From contig JAFXAJ010000053.1 in assembly GCA_017517145.1 (NCBI GenBank), positions 1-62,349 of the forward strand: DNA of 62,349 nucleotides, written 5' to 3'. Below, one piece after another: positions 27,355 through 37,655 of this stretch. Source of the DNA: Ruminococcus sp. GTDB lineage: Bacteria > Bacillota > Clostridia > Oscillospirales > Ruminococcaceae. Position 1 is the stretch's first letter, and every line of letters starts with the position of its first letter. A model generated the notes under the pieces. The model was not told the DNA's origin, did not search any database, and worked only from the letters and a program-made list of their open reading frames with translations. The position numbers and the translations under genes were made by a program.

Positions 27355-28437
27355 ATGAAAAGGGTAATAATTGCAATTATAGCGGCAATGACAATTTTTC
27401 TCTGTATATCGCCATTTTCTGTATATGCGGCAGACAGCGGAGAATATGCTGCTGAAATTACAGAAGAACTTGACGCAATACTTGATGATTATGATATTGG
27501 CTTCAATTCGTGGGATATGAGTGAGCTTTCGTTTAAAAACCTGTGGGACAGACTGTGGGGGAATATTTCTGCACGGCTTGCCGCCCCTATGAGAGTGCTT
27601 TCCACTGTATTTCTTATAATTCTCCTTGGGACAGTGACGAAATCGGCAGTTTCTGTGTCTGACAGCATATATGATATGGTATGCGTCACTGTGTCGCTTA
27701 CAGTTATAATTCCGCAGATTATTGCAGTTTATGAAGGTGTGCTGCAAACTATAAGTATCACTGGCAGTTTTATTCTTGTGTATGTTCCTGTATTGTCGGC
27801 GGTTTCTGTATTCTGCGGAGGGTTTTCAACAGCAGGGGTATGCCACGTGCTGCTGTTGGGTGCCTCTGAAATGATTGTAAAGCTGTCGGAAAGCTATCTG
27901 ATGCCCGTAATTGCCGTCACTGTTTCTCTGGGAATCACCGGAAGTATTTTTCCCAGTACCTCTCTTGACAGTCTGGTGAATCTGTTAAAAAAGCTTGTGA
28001 CATGGGGTATATCCATAACCATGACTTTATTTTCCGGTTTTGTCACGCTGAAATGCACTATTTCTGGAAAGGCTGACGGTGCAGCAGCAAAAACAGCTAA
28101 AATGCTTGTATCGGGCTTTGTGCCGATTGTCGGAGGGGCAATATCCGATGCATATTCCACGGTTAAGGGCAGTTTTGAGGTAATCGGCGGAACTGTTGGT
28201 GCAGCAGGGATAATCGGCATAATTATGCTTCTTCTGCCTTGGATAATTGAGCTTACAGTATATCGTGCCGTAATGTGGGCAGGAAGTGCGGCGGCAGATG
28301 TATTTTCTTCGGAGGCAGTATCAAAGCTTCTGAAATGTATTGACGGCGGACTTGCCATTGCCCAGTGCGTACTTGTATGTTATTCCGTTATATTCATACT
28401 GTGCTCGGCAATACTCATGAAAACTTTCGGAGGGTGA
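27355..28437 (+). CDS. spoIIIAE: Stage III sporulation protein AE
   Basis: Polytopic membrane protein; FVPIVGGAISDA motif. Confidence 0.88.
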   Translation: MKRVIIAIIAAMTIFLCISPFSVYAADSGEYAAEITEELDAILDDYDIGFNSWDMSELSFKNLWDRLWGNISARLAAPMRVLSTVFLIILLGTVTKSAVSVSDSIYDMVCVTVSLTVIIPQIIAVYEGVLQTISITGSFILVYVPVLSAVSVFCGGFSTAGVCHVLLLGASEMIVKLSESYLMPVIAVTVSLGITGSIFPSTSLDSLVNLLKKLVTWGISITMTLFSGFVTLKCTISGKADGAAAKTAKMLVSGFVPIVGGAISDAYSTVKGSFEVIGGTVGAAGIIGIIMLLLPWIIELTVYRAVMWAGSAAADVFSSEAVSKLLKCIDGGLAIAQCVLVCYSVIFILCSAILMKTFGG

Positions 28438-28440
28438 AGC

Positions 28441-28902
28441 ATGGAGAGTATAAAAGCAATGATTATGGCTGTTTGTGCTCTGTCAGCCCTGAGATGTATA
28501 GTAATGAATACGCCGTCAGCTGAAAAGATGAAATCGGGAGTTGCTGCAATAATCAATCTTATATTGGGGATTGTAATGATAACGCCCTTTGCGGAGGAAA
28601 CGATAGAATTTGAACTTCCCGATATATCGGGATATGAGCTGCCATACACAGACTACGGCGGAGATTCATACGCAATGGCTTTGAAAGCTGAGTCAGAAGC
28701 TAATATAACTGCGGTGCTTGAACAGCAGCTGCAAAGTGCGGGAATAAATTATGAATCAATTGAAACAGATATTAATATTTCAGCAGATTACAGCATATCT
28801 ATTAGTAGTGTGACAATAAGGGCAGAGGATTATGAAGCGGCAGTGCTCATAATAAAAAGCAGTCTTGGCAGTGAAACGGAGGTTATAAATGGAGCTGTTT
28901 GA
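28441..28902 (+). CDS. spoIIIAF: Stage III sporulation protein AF (divergent)
   Basis: Two N-terminal TMs; position between AE and AG. Confidence 0.65.
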   Translation: MESIKAMIMAVCALSALRCIVMNTPSAEKMKSGVAAIINLILGIVMITPFAEETIEFELPDISGYELPYTDYGGDSYAMALKAESEANITAVLEQQLQSAGINYESIETDINISADYSISISSVTIRAEDYEAAVLIIKSSLGSETEVINGAV

Positions 28903-29410
28903 AAAAATAAAGGGAATCACAGGAAATAAAAGGTCTGCCGCAGGAATTGTTCTTCTTGGTGCAGCTGGAATCCTCCTGCTTTTTGTCTCAGGTTTGACAG
29001 GAGATAAAAAAGAAGCTGTGCCGGAAATGGAGAAAGCTTGTTCTGATGTCGCACAGGAATATCGCAGAGAAAGTGAAGAACGACTTGAAGCATTTCTTGA
29101 AAATATAGAAGGGGCAGGTGAGGTAGAGGTATATCTTACAGTAGGTTCAGGAGAGAGGTATATATATGCCTCTGAGGAAAAGACATCTGATTCCGAAAAC
29201 AGAACCGAAAAGGAGCAGAAGTATGTCATGATAGGAGGAAGCAGCAGTCGTGAACCACTGGTTGAAACAGTGAGAGTTCCTGAAATAACGGGAGCTGTTG
29301 TGATATGCACAGGCTGCGGAAGTCCCGTTGTTGAAGAACGAATGTACAAGGCAGCTGCTGCGGCTCTTGACATACCCACATCAGATATTTATGTTTCAAT
29401 AATGAAATGA
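28889..29410 (+). CDS. spoIIIAG: Stage III sporulation protein AG
   Basis: IEGAGEVEVYLT, PEITGAVVICTG motifs. Confidence 0.85.
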   Translation: MELFEKIKGITGNKRSAAGIVLLGAAGILLLFVSGLTGDKKEAVPEMEKACSDVAQEYRRESEERLEAFLENIEGAGEVEVYLTVGSGERYIYASEEKTSDSENRTEKEQKYVMIGGSSSREPLVETVRVPEITGAVVICTGCGSPVVEERMYKAAAAALDIPTSDIYVSIMK

Positions 29411-29421
29411 GGAGAAATAAT

Positions 29422-29988
29422 ATGAAAAAGCCAACAATTATAATCGGAAAAAAACAGATAATCATGACCTGTCTCACTCTTATGCTTATGACAGCAGTAT
29501 ACATAAACTACGTATCAGCGCCTGATATAGTAAAGGATAAGGATTCCGTACAGGTTGCTGAAATGGGTGATACTGAGAGTTATGGTGATACAGAATATGT
29601 AAATGCAGAGGCTTCTGCTGAGAAGGCTGAACCTGCTGCTGCCGACTATTTTGCACAGGCACGCCTTGACAAGATGAACAATCGTGACGAAGCTGTACAG
29701 ACATTGCAGTCAATTATCGGCGGCGGCGATCTTACCGAAGATGAAATGGTGGTAAATGCCATTGACGCTGTTGAGGTGTCAAAGCTTATTGAATCTGAGG
29801 GAACTATCGAATCTCTTGTAAAAGCTCAGGGATTTGAGGACTGCGTAGCATATCTCGACGGTGAGACAGCTAAGGTTGTAATCAGGACTGAGGGACTTGA
29901 TAAGGCACAGGCAGCCTCGGTTAAGGACATAATTCTCAGTGAAACTGATGTTTCAGCAGAAAATATCAGAATTTTTGAAGTAAAGTAG
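29422..29988 (+). CDS. spoIIIAH: Stage III sporulation protein AH
   Basis: AVYINY TM end, YFAQARL, IESLVKAQGFEDCVA. Confidence 0.88.
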   Translation: MKKPTIIIGKKQIIMTCLTLMLMTAVYINYVSAPDIVKDKDSVQVAEMGDTESYGDTEYVNAEASAEKAEPAAADYFAQARLDKMNNRDEAVQTLQSIIGGGDLTEDEMVVNAIDAVEVSKLIESEGTIESLVKAQGFEDCVAYLDGETAKVVIRTEGLDKAQAASVKDIILSETDVSAENIRIFEVK

Positions 29989-30017
29989 TTGAAATGTTGT
30001 GAATTATTTGGTATAAT
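29989..30017 (+). promoter_or_regulatory. Sigma-A promoter of asp23-nusB operon
   Basis: TTGAAA-17 bp-TATAAT with TGn extension. Confidence 0.65.
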
Positions 30018-30100
30018 ATAAGAGTAGGAGTATATACAGATGCTTGATTAAATAAAATAACTGTAGATACAACATATATCCTTATAGCAGGAGGTATAAA

Positions 30101-30433
30101 ATGGACAATGTAAAAAAATCTTCTTCAGGTTCACTGAAAATATCCGAAGATGTTATTATTACCGTTGCAAGACTTGCAGCACTTGATGTCAACGGCGTTG
30201 CAGGTCTCAGCGGTGAGATTACAAAACTCAGCAAGCTGAAAAATAACGGTCCGATTACAGTGAAAATGTATGAGGATGTAGCGGCACTGGATATAAAAAT
30301 CAAAGTAAAAAACGGCGTGAAGGCTGTTGCTGTTGCTCAGGAAGTACAGTCCGCCGTTAAGGAAAGTATACAGACAATGACAGGCGTTGCCGTTGCAAGA
30401 GTAAATGTTATTGCAGACAGCGTTGTATTTTAA
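30101..30433 (+). CDS. Asp23/Gls24 family protein (YqhY-like)
   Basis: GSLKISEDVI...VQSAVKESIQTMTG; upstream of nusB. Confidence 0.85.
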   Translation: MDNVKKSSSGSLKISEDVIITVARLAALDVNGVAGLSGEITKLSKLKNNGPITVKMYEDVAALDIKIKVKNGVKAVAVAQEVQSAVKESIQTMTGVAVARVNVIADSVVF

Positions 30434-30449
30434 AGATAGGAGAAAATAA

Positions 30450-30863
30450 ATGACAAGAAGTGAAATAAGAGACAGTGCATTCAAGCTGGTATTTGAACAG
30501 CTTCTCCGTGGAGATGATATTGAGGAGCTTTACGAAATTGCAGAGGAAATTGAGGAAATTACTGTCAATGATGAAGTAAAATCAATGGTTAACGGTACTC
30601 TTGCCCATGCTGAGGAGCTTGACAGTATCATTGAAAGCTACAGTAAATCCCGTAAGCTTTCCCGTATTTCAAAGCTGAATCACGCTATTCTCAGAATTGC
30701 GGTATATGAGTGCATTTACGATGACAAGACTCCTGATAATGCTGCTATAAGCGAAGCTATAAAGCTTGCGGGAAATTACAGTTACCGTGAGGATATAAAC
30801 TTCATTAACGGCGTATTGGGTGCATTTTCCAGAAGCCGCAGCGGAGAAAAGGGAAATGCCTGA
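30450..30863 (+). CDS. nusB: Transcription antitermination factor NusB
   Basis: AILRIAVYE, AISEAIKLA, FINGVLG. Confidence 0.92.
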   Translation: MTRSEIRDSAFKLVFEQLLRGDDIEELYEIAEEIEEITVNDEVKSMVNGTLAHAEELDSIIESYSKSRKLSRISKLNHAILRIAVYECIYDDKTPDNAAISEAIKLAGNYSYREDINFINGVLGAFSRSRSGEKGNA

Positions 30864-31809
30864 GTTTCTCGGTATAGATACAAGCAATTACACCACCTCG
30901 GCGGCGGTATACATAAGCGATGAAAATCGTATAGTCCAGAGAAAAAAGCTCCTGCCTGTAAAAAGCGGAGCTCTCGGACTGCGGCAGAGCGACGCTGTTT
31001 TTCATCATACAAAGCAGCTGCCCGATATGATTGAAAGTATGTTTTCAGAGGAAAATATCGGACCTCTTACAGCTGCGGCAGCATCGGCAAGACCGAGAAA
31101 TACGGAGGGGTCATATATGCCGTGCTTTCTCTGTGGTGAAGGCTTTGTCCGTTCATTTTCGGCAATTGAAAAGCTGCCGATGTATACTACATCCCATCAG
31201 GTTGGACATATTCTTGCAGCTCTTTATTCGGCGGACAGGCTTGAACTTGTGAAAGAGCCGTTTATAGCATTTCATGTCAGCGGCGGAACTACAGATTGTC
31301 TCCTTTGTGAGCCTGACAGGGAGCTGATATTGAAAATCAGTACTATAGGCACATCCCTTGACCTTAACGGAGGACAGGCTGTTGACCGTGTCGGCTTAAT
31401 GCTGGGACTTGATTTCCCATGCGGAATTGAACTGGAAAAGCTGGCTGAAAAAGCTGATTCCCATAAAAAAATAAAAGCTGTTCTGAAGGACGGAAACTGC
31501 TGTCTTTCTGGAGTTGAAAACAAGTGTAAGGCTATGCTTGACAACGGAGAATCTCCTGAAAATACAGCAGCATACTGCCTTGATTATATTTCCGCAGCAG
31601 TAATTTCCATGACGGAATATGCCATAGAAAAGCATGGCAGACTGCCTCTTGTGTATGCAGGGGGAGTTATGTCGGATATGCTTATAAGAAAACAGATTAT
31701 TTCAAGATATAGAGAAGCTGCCTTTGCACAGCCGCAATTTTCCTGTGATAACGCATCAGGTACGGCAATTTTCGCATATCTGAAATGGAGTGAAGAAAAA
31801 TGCCGGTAA
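30856..31809 (+). CDS. TsaD/Kae1-like (M22) ASKHA protein, paralog
   Basis: LGIDTSNYTTS, SHQVGH, HVSGGTT, VDRVG, DNA motif; ATG 30856. Confidence 0.75.
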   Translation: MPEFLGIDTSNYTTSAAVYISDENRIVQRKKLLPVKSGALGLRQSDAVFHHTKQLPDMIESMFSEENIGPLTAAAASARPRNTEGSYMPCFLCGEGFVRSFSAIEKLPMYTTSHQVGHILAALYSADRLELVKEPFIAFHVSGGTTDCLLCEPDRELILKISTIGTSLDLNGGQAVDRVGLMLGLDFPCGIELEKLAEKADSHKKIKAVLKDGNCCLSGVENKCKAMLDNGESPENTAAYCLDYISAAVISMTEYAIEKHGRLPLVYAGGVMSDMLIRKQIISRYREAAFAQPQFSCDNASGTAIFAYLKWSEEKCR

Positions 31810-33002
31810 TTACAGTAACTCAGGTCAATAAATATATTGCCTCAAAGCTGAAAGGTGACAGGCTGCTTCAGGGAATCATGGTAAAAGGTGAAATTTCAAA
31901 TTTTGTTCATCATTACAAAAGCGGGCATTGTTATTTTTCCTTGAAGGATAAGGAAAGTACCCTCAAGGCGGTTATGTTTGCATCAGCGGCGGCAAGACTG
32001 AAATTCGAGCCTGAGGACGGTATGGCTGTTGTGGCGGCAGGAAGTATTTCTGCTTATGAGCGTGACGGTGTGTATCAGTTATATGTGAACGATATTATTC
32101 CCGAAGGAGTGGGAAAAGAAAGTGTTGCCCTTGAACAGCTGAAAAAAAAGCTGGCGGCAGAAGGCATCTTTTCTCAGGAACACAAGCGGAGTTTGCCGGT
32201 TATGCCTAAGAAAATCGGCGTTGTTACATCTCTCAGCGGTGCGGCAGTGCAGGATGTAATTAATGTGCTTACAAGAAGATACCCTCTTTGTGAGCTGTAT
32301 GCGGTAAATGCCATTGTGCAGGGAGAATCTGCACCTCAGTCCATAAGTCAGGGTATTCTCAAAGCTGAATCAGCAGGATGCGACGTTGTTATTGTAGGCA
32401 GAGGCGGCGGTTCATCAGAGGATTTGTCCCCATTCAATACAGAAGCGGTTGCAAGGGCGGTATATGGCTGTAAAGTCCCTGTTATATCCGCTGTTGGACA
32501 TGAGGTGGATTTTACACTTGCAGACCTTGCAGCAGATATGAGAGCCCCTACTCCATCGGCGGCAGCAGAACTGGCTGCTCCTGACATCAATCAGCTGGCA
32601 GAAAATATAGATAATTACAGACGGCGCTGTGAAAGAGCAGCTCTGGAGGCTGTGGAAAAGAAAATATCCGCCTGTAATTCATTGTCTGCAAGACTGGTTT
32701 CACAGTCCCCTGAGAATTGGCTGAAACTTATGGAGGAAAAACTGATGAATCTGGAAAAGCGTGCTGAAACAGCTGCATTGCGGAACATTGAACGGAATAA
32801 TGCTGCGCTGGCGGAAAAAGCAGCACGGCTGGACAGTCTGAGTCCGCTGAAGGTGATGGCGAGGGGATATTCTCTTGTATACAGCGGTGAAGAACTTGTA
32901 AGGGATTCTGCTTGTATTTCAAAGGGACAGACAGTGAAGCTTCGTTTTGACAAGGGCAGTGCGGAAGCGGAAATAATCAGTACAGATGGTGATAATATAT
33001 GA
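31800..33002 (+). CDS. xseA: Exodeoxyribonuclease VII large subunit
   Basis: GEISNF, SGHCYFSLKD, GRGGGSSEDL, SAVGHEVD, RAPTPSAAAE. Confidence 0.95.
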   Translation: MPVITVTQVNKYIASKLKGDRLLQGIMVKGEISNFVHHYKSGHCYFSLKDKESTLKAVMFASAAARLKFEPEDGMAVVAAGSISAYERDGVYQLYVNDIIPEGVGKESVALEQLKKKLAAEGIFSQEHKRSLPVMPKKIGVVTSLSGAAVQDVINVLTRRYPLCELYAVNAIVQGESAPQSISQGILKAESAGCDVVIVGRGGGSSEDLSPFNTEAVARAVYGCKVPVISAVGHEVDFTLADLAADMRAPTPSAAAELAAPDINQLAENIDNYRRRCERAALEAVEKKISACNSLSARLVSQSPENWLKLMEEKLMNLEKRAETAALRNIERNNAALAEKAARLDSLSPLKVMARGYSLVYSGEELVRDSACISKGQTVKLRFDKGSAEAEIISTDGDNI

Positions 33003-33181
33003 ACGGGAATATGACTTTTGAAGATAATATGAAAAAATTGGCGGAAATCGTTTCGGAGCTTGAAAAAGGCGATGTTCCGCTGGAAAAAACAGTTGAGCTG
33101 TATGGTGAAGGCGTAAAAATTTCTGTCTTATGCAAGAAACAGCTTGAAGATGCAAAAATAAAGATAACGGAGGAAAAATGA
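32999..33181 (+). CDS. xseB: Exodeoxyribonuclease VII small subunit
   Basis: TFEDNMKKLAEIVSELEKGDVPLE...YGEG. Confidence 0.9.
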   Translation: MNGNMTFEDNMKKLAEIVSELEKGDVPLEKTVELYGEGVKISVLCKKQLEDAKIKITEEK

Positions 33182-33182
33182 G

Positions 33183-34070
33183 ATGAATTTTGAAGAAACT
33201 TTAAGACGCTACGTTGAATTTACTGAAAAGGAACTTAAAAAGTTCAACAACTACAGTCACGAAAACAGACCTCAGGTAAAGCTTATTGACGCTATGAACT
33301 ATTCTCTCCGTGCAGGCGGTAAAAGACTCCGTCCTGCTCTTGTGTATGCTTTTTGCGAGGCTCTTGGCGGTACTATGGAAACTGCGTCAGCTCCTGCCTG
33401 CGCTATTGAAATGGTTCATACATTTTCGCTGATACATGACGACCTCCCTGCAATGGACAACGATGATTTCCGCAGAGGAAAGCCCTCCTGCCATAAGGCT
33501 TTCGGCGAGGCTATGGCTATTCTTGCAGGTGACGCTCTTGCTGTTCTGCCTTTTGAGATTATTGCTGATACTCCTGAGCTTACTCCTGAGCAGAAGGTGC
33601 TTATTATCTCGGTATTTGCCAATTCTGTAGGCAGAGATGGTATGATCGGCGGTCAGGTAATTGATATGGAAAACGAAAAGGCTGAGTGTGTTGACGAGGA
33701 AAATCTCCGTAACCTTTACCGCTGTAAGACAGGTCAGCTTATTGCTGTTTCCTGTGTTATGGGTGCGATATGTGCGGACGCTGACAATGAGACTATCAGA
33801 ATTGCAGCTGAATACGGTCTGAGGCTGGGATTTGCATTTCAGGTTATTGATGACATCCTCGATGTAACAGGCACTACAGAGGAACTTGGCAAGCCTGCGG
33901 GAAGTGACGAAAATTCAAATAAGAATACATTTGTTTCTCTCTTTGGAATTGAAAAGGCTCGTGAAGCTGCTGAAAAGGCTACATCTGAGGCACTGGAGTG
34001 GATTGACGCAATTCCCAATAATGAGTTCCTCGTTCAGCTTACTGAAAAGCTTCTGAAGCGCAAATATTAA
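33183..34070 (+). CDS. ispA: Geranyltranstransferase / FPP synthase
   Basis: GGKRLRP, SLIHDDLPAMDNDDFRRGKP, FQVIDDILD. Confidence 0.92.
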   Translation: MNFEETLRRYVEFTEKELKKFNNYSHENRPQVKLIDAMNYSLRAGGKRLRPALVYAFCEALGGTMETASAPACAIEMVHTFSLIHDDLPAMDNDDFRRGKPSCHKAFGEAMAILAGDALAVLPFEIIADTPELTPEQKVLIISVFANSVGRDGMIGGQVIDMENEKAECVDEENLRNLYRCKTGQLIAVSCVMGAICADADNETIRIAAEYGLRLGFAFQVIDDILDVTGTTEELGKPAGSDENSNKNTFVSLFGIEKAREAAEKATSEALEWIDAIPNNEFLVQLTEKLLKRKY

Positions 34071-34080
34071 AAGGAGTTTC

Positions 34081-34107
34081 TGCGAAGGGGCGTAATGCCC
34101 TTTCGCA
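34081..34107 (+). other. Intercistronic stem-loop between ispA and dxs
   Basis: TGCGAAGGGGC/GCCCTTTCGCA stem. Confidence 0.5.
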
Positions 34108-34119
34108 TAAATCGTTAAA

Positions 34120-36012
34120 ATGAGTGAATTTAAAAATAATGGCGGCAGAGTTTGTCTTTCTGAGCTTGAACTGCCATCTGACCTGAAAAAGCTTAGTATT
34201 CCCCAATGCGGACAGCTTTGCAGTGAGATACGAAAACTGCTTATCAATACTGTTTCTTCCACAGGCGGTCATCTCGCTTCAAATCTGGGAGTTGTTGAAC
34301 TGACCATGTCGATTCACAGGAATTTTAATTCTCCTGATGATAAAATTGTCTGGGACGTGGGACATCAGGCTTATGTTCACAAGATTCTCACAGGCAGAGC
34401 TGACAGATTTTCAACTATCCGTCAGGAAAATGGGTTATCCGGATTCCCGAAACCATCGGAATCGGTTCATGATACTGTCATAGCAGGTCACAGCAGTACA
34501 TCTCTGTCGGCTGCCTGTGGAATAGCCGAAGCCATGCGTTTACAGGGAAAGGATAATTATACCGTTGCAGTTATTGGCGATGGCGCAATGACAGGCGGCA
34601 TGGTGTACGAAGCAATGAATAATTGCTGTCAGAATACCGACAGCAATCTTATTGTTGTGCTTAACGATAATAATATGTCGATTTCCAAAAGCGTAGGTTC
34701 TCTTGAAAAATATCTTACTACACTGCGTAATTCTGAGGAATATCTTGATACCAAGCGAAAGGTTGAGCGTAAGCTGAACAAAATCCCTGTTGTAGGTTCA
34801 AAAGCGGCTAAGGGTATGAAATATGTCAAGGATGCCATAAAATCAACGGTTCTCCACAGGAATCTCTTTGAGGATATGGGCTTTATTTATCTTGGACCTA
34901 TCAACGGGCACAGTCTGAAAGATCTTGAACAGGCTATGAGAATGGCTAAGTCATATCATCGCCCTGTTTTTGTTCATGTCAAGACTACGAAAGGAAAAGG
35001 TTATCTTCCTGCTGAGAAGAATCCCGGCGAATATCACGGTATTTCACGTTTTGATGTGGAATCGGGGAATCCCGAAATATCCGCCGGAGACAGTTATTCT
35101 ACCGTTTTCGGAAAGGAGCTTCTGAGTCTTGCGGAGGCTGATGAGCGTATCTGCGCTATAACTGCGGCTATGAAATACGGAACAGGATTGCAGTATTTCG
35201 GAAAAAAGCTGCCGCAGCGATTCTACGATGTGGGAATTGCCGAACAACACGCCGTAACCTTTGGCGGCGGACTTGCAGCAATGGGACAGATACCGGTATT
35301 TGCGGTATATTCTACTTTTTTGCAGAGAGCTTATGACCAGCTTATTCATGATGTAGCTATAGGCGGGCTTCATCTTGTGCTTGGCATTGACCGTGCAGGA
35401 ATTGTCGGAGAGGACGGTGAAACACATCAGGGAATATTTGATGTACCCATGCTTACAACAATTCCCGATACTGTTATTTATTCTCCGTCATGTTACGATG
35501 AACTCAGAGTTTGCCTTAAAAAGGCGATATATGAGGAAAAAAATCTTGCTGCGGTGAGGTATCCAAGAGGTTCGGAGGATGCCGCCATAAAGTATGACTG
35601 CATATACTCTGATTACAGATTTTTTGACAGTAAGAAAAGTGATATTCTTGTTATATCCTATGGCAGAATATTCAACGAATTGTACAAAGCAACTGAAATT
35701 CTGAAAAAGGAGATTTCCTGCAATATGCTGAAGCTTACGAAAATTTTCCCTGTTGCTGAGGAGATTATTTGGAAAATTTCAGATTACAGGAGAATAATAT
35801 TCTTTGAAGAAGCTGTTGGTGAGGGGAGTATTTCCGAAAAATTCGGAAATCTGCTTATGGAATCAGGCTACAAGGGCAGTTACAGCAGAGTTGCGGCACG
35901 TGGCTTTATAAAGCAGGCGTCTGTTAAGTCGGCTCTTGATAAAATTGGTCTCAGCAGCGAGAAAATGGCTGAATTTATAAAAAACGGAGGCGGCAGCAAT
36001 GGCACGGCTTGA
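34120..36012 (+). CDS. dxs: 1-deoxy-D-xylulose-5-phosphate synthase
   Basis: GGHLASNLGVVELT, WDVGHQAY, GDGAMTGG, DVGIAEQHA, DRAGIVGEDGETHQG. Confidence 0.96.
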   Translation: MSEFKNNGGRVCLSELELPSDLKKLSIPQCGQLCSEIRKLLINTVSSTGGHLASNLGVVELTMSIHRNFNSPDDKIVWDVGHQAYVHKILTGRADRFSTIRQENGLSGFPKPSESVHDTVIAGHSSTSLSAACGIAEAMRLQGKDNYTVAVIGDGAMTGGMVYEAMNNCCQNTDSNLIVVLNDNNMSISKSVGSLEKYLTTLRNSEEYLDTKRKVERKLNKIPVVGSKAAKGMKYVKDAIKSTVLHRNLFEDMGFIYLGPINGHSLKDLEQAMRMAKSYHRPVFVHVKTTKGKGYLPAEKNPGEYHGISRFDVESGNPEISAGDSYSTVFGKELLSLAEADERICAITAAMKYGTGLQYFGKKLPQRFYDVGIAEQHAVTFGGGLAAMGQIPVFAVYSTFLQRAYDQLIHDVAIGGLHLVLGIDRAGIVGEDGETHQGIFDVPMLTTIPDTVIYSPSCYDELRVCLKKAIYEEKNLAAVRYPRGSEDAAIKYDCIYSDYRFFDSKKSDILVISYGRIFNELYKATEILKKEISCNMLKLTKIFPVAEEIIWKISDYRRIIFFEEAVGEGSISEKFGNLLMESGYKGSYSRVAARGFIKQASVKSALDKIGLSSEKMAEFIKNGGGSNGTA

Positions 36013-36784
36013 CGCTGAACTTGTAGCAAGAGGTATTGCCCGAAGTCGTGAACGGGCAAAGGAAATGATAAAATCGGGAGTTGTTACAGTCAATGGCGTA
36101 ACGGCTAAAAAGTCTGCCGCTGAGGTATGTGCCGATGATGTTATTGAATCGGCGGAACAGGAATTATATGTAGGCAGAGGGGCATTGAAGCTGGAAAAGG
36201 CTGCAGAGTATTTTTCGCTTGATTTCAGCGGAAAGCGATGCCTCGACATTGGTGCGTCCACCGGCGGATTTACCGAATATATGATACAGCATGGCGCAGC
36301 AAAGGTATACGCAGTTGATGTAGGTCACGGACAGCTTGCGGAATCCCTGCGCAGGGAAAGCCGTGTGGTGAACATGGAAAATACTGATATACGCAATATT
36401 ACAGCAGACGATACAGAAGGCTGTGTTGATTTTATCTGTGCAGATGTTTCGTTCATATCCGTAACAAAAATACTGCCGAAAATCCATGAACTGCTGAAAG
36501 ACGGCGGAACTGCCGCTGTACTCATAAAACCGCAGTTTGAAGCAGGAAAAAGCGACATCGGAAAAAAAGGCATTGTAAAGGACAGACGGGTTCATCTTCG
36601 TATACTCCGTGAGATTGATGAATTTATCAATCTGTCAGGACTTTCAGCAGTATGCTATACTTATTCTCCGATAAAAGGCGGCAGCGGAAATATTGAGTAT
36701 CTGGTGAAGCTCGTGAAAGGTGCAGAAACGCCTGTTGAACACAATTTCAGTAAGATTACAGAAGAAGCCTTCAATCAGTTATAG
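35999..36784 (+). CDS. tlyA: TlyA family rRNA methyltransferase
   Basis: S4 domain, YVGRGALKL, DIGASTGGFT, DVSFIS, KPQFE, GNIEY. Confidence 0.92.
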   Translation: MARLDAELVARGIARSRERAKEMIKSGVVTVNGVTAKKSAAEVCADDVIESAEQELYVGRGALKLEKAAEYFSLDFSGKRCLDIGASTGGFTEYMIQHGAAKVYAVDVGHGQLAESLRRESRVVNMENTDIRNITADDTEGCVDFICADVSFISVTKILPKIHELLKDGGTAAVLIKPQFEAGKSDIGKKGIVKDRRVHLRILREIDEFINLSGLSAVCYTYSPIKGGSGNIEYLVKLVKGAETPVEHNFSKITEEAFNQL

Positions 36785-36793
36785 GAGGAAAAA

Positions 36794-37648
36794 ATGGTAG
36801 CTGTACTTTATCCTAATTTTCAGAAAAAAAACGCATTGAAATGTGCAAGAGAGGTCTGCGAAGTTCTTAATTCCGCAGGGATTGAGGTTGTAGTCAGCCA
36901 CGATTATACAGCGGAATTCGGTGATAAACCATACGTAAAATTTGAAGATATAAATGATTACGTGGATTCTGCGGATATATTCCTTGCTATCGGCGGTGAT
37001 GGAACGATTCTCAGATGTGCAAAGCTGCTTATGGGAACAGAAACAAAGCTTCTGGGTATAAATACGGGAACACTCGGTTTTATGGCGGCACTTGAAGCAG
37101 ATCAGCTTGACGCTCTTGAATGTCTTAAAACAGGAAATTACCGTGTATCACGCCGTATGACAGTTGACGCAGTTATACATGGCAGTGACGGGGACAGGAT
37201 TTATACGGCTCTCAATGAAATATCCGCAAAGTCGGAGAGTTTCAGAATATGTGACTTTGACGTATCAGCCGACGGTTATCTCATAGGAAAATATCGTGCA
37301 GACGGTATACTTTTCAGTACACCCTCAGGCTCAACGGCTTATGCTTTGTCTGCAGGAGGCCCTGTAATTGAGCCTGACCTTGAATGTATCGAAATGAATC
37401 TTATATGTCCCCATTCGCTTTTTGCGAGGGCAACTCTTTTTTCGGCTGACCGTCAGCTGAGGATTACAGACAGGACATCAGGTGAAACTTCTCTCGTAGT
37501 GAGTGTTGACGGCGAGCCTGTTCACCGTATGGCTGAAAATGAATCCATAGAGATTGTCAGGGGAAGATATACACTTAATTTTGTGGATATTATAAGCAAT
37601 GCATTTCATGATTCGCTGTGCAGAAAAATGTGCAAATCGATAAAGTGA
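36794..37648 (+). CDS. nadK: NAD(+) kinase
   Basis: GGDGTIL, GINTGTLGF, NE, STPSGSTAYALSAGGP. Confidence 0.93.
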   Translation: MVAVLYPNFQKKNALKCAREVCEVLNSAGIEVVVSHDYTAEFGDKPYVKFEDINDYVDSADIFLAIGGDGTILRCAKLLMGTETKLLGINTGTLGFMAALEADQLDALECLKTGNYRVSRRMTVDAVIHGSDGDRIYTALNEISAKSESFRICDFDVSADGYLIGKYRADGILFSTPSGSTAYALSAGGPVIEPDLECIEMNLICPHSLFARATLFSADRQLRITDRTSGETSLVVSVDGEPVHRMAENESIEIVRGRYTLNFVDIISNAFHDSLCRKMCKSIK

Positions 37649-37655
37649 GGATATT

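Noticed and set aside
35999-36784. TlyA as a haemolysin or virulence factor
   Set aside because: Standard dxs-tlyA-nadK-argR-recN housekeeping context; rRNA methyltransferase motifs.
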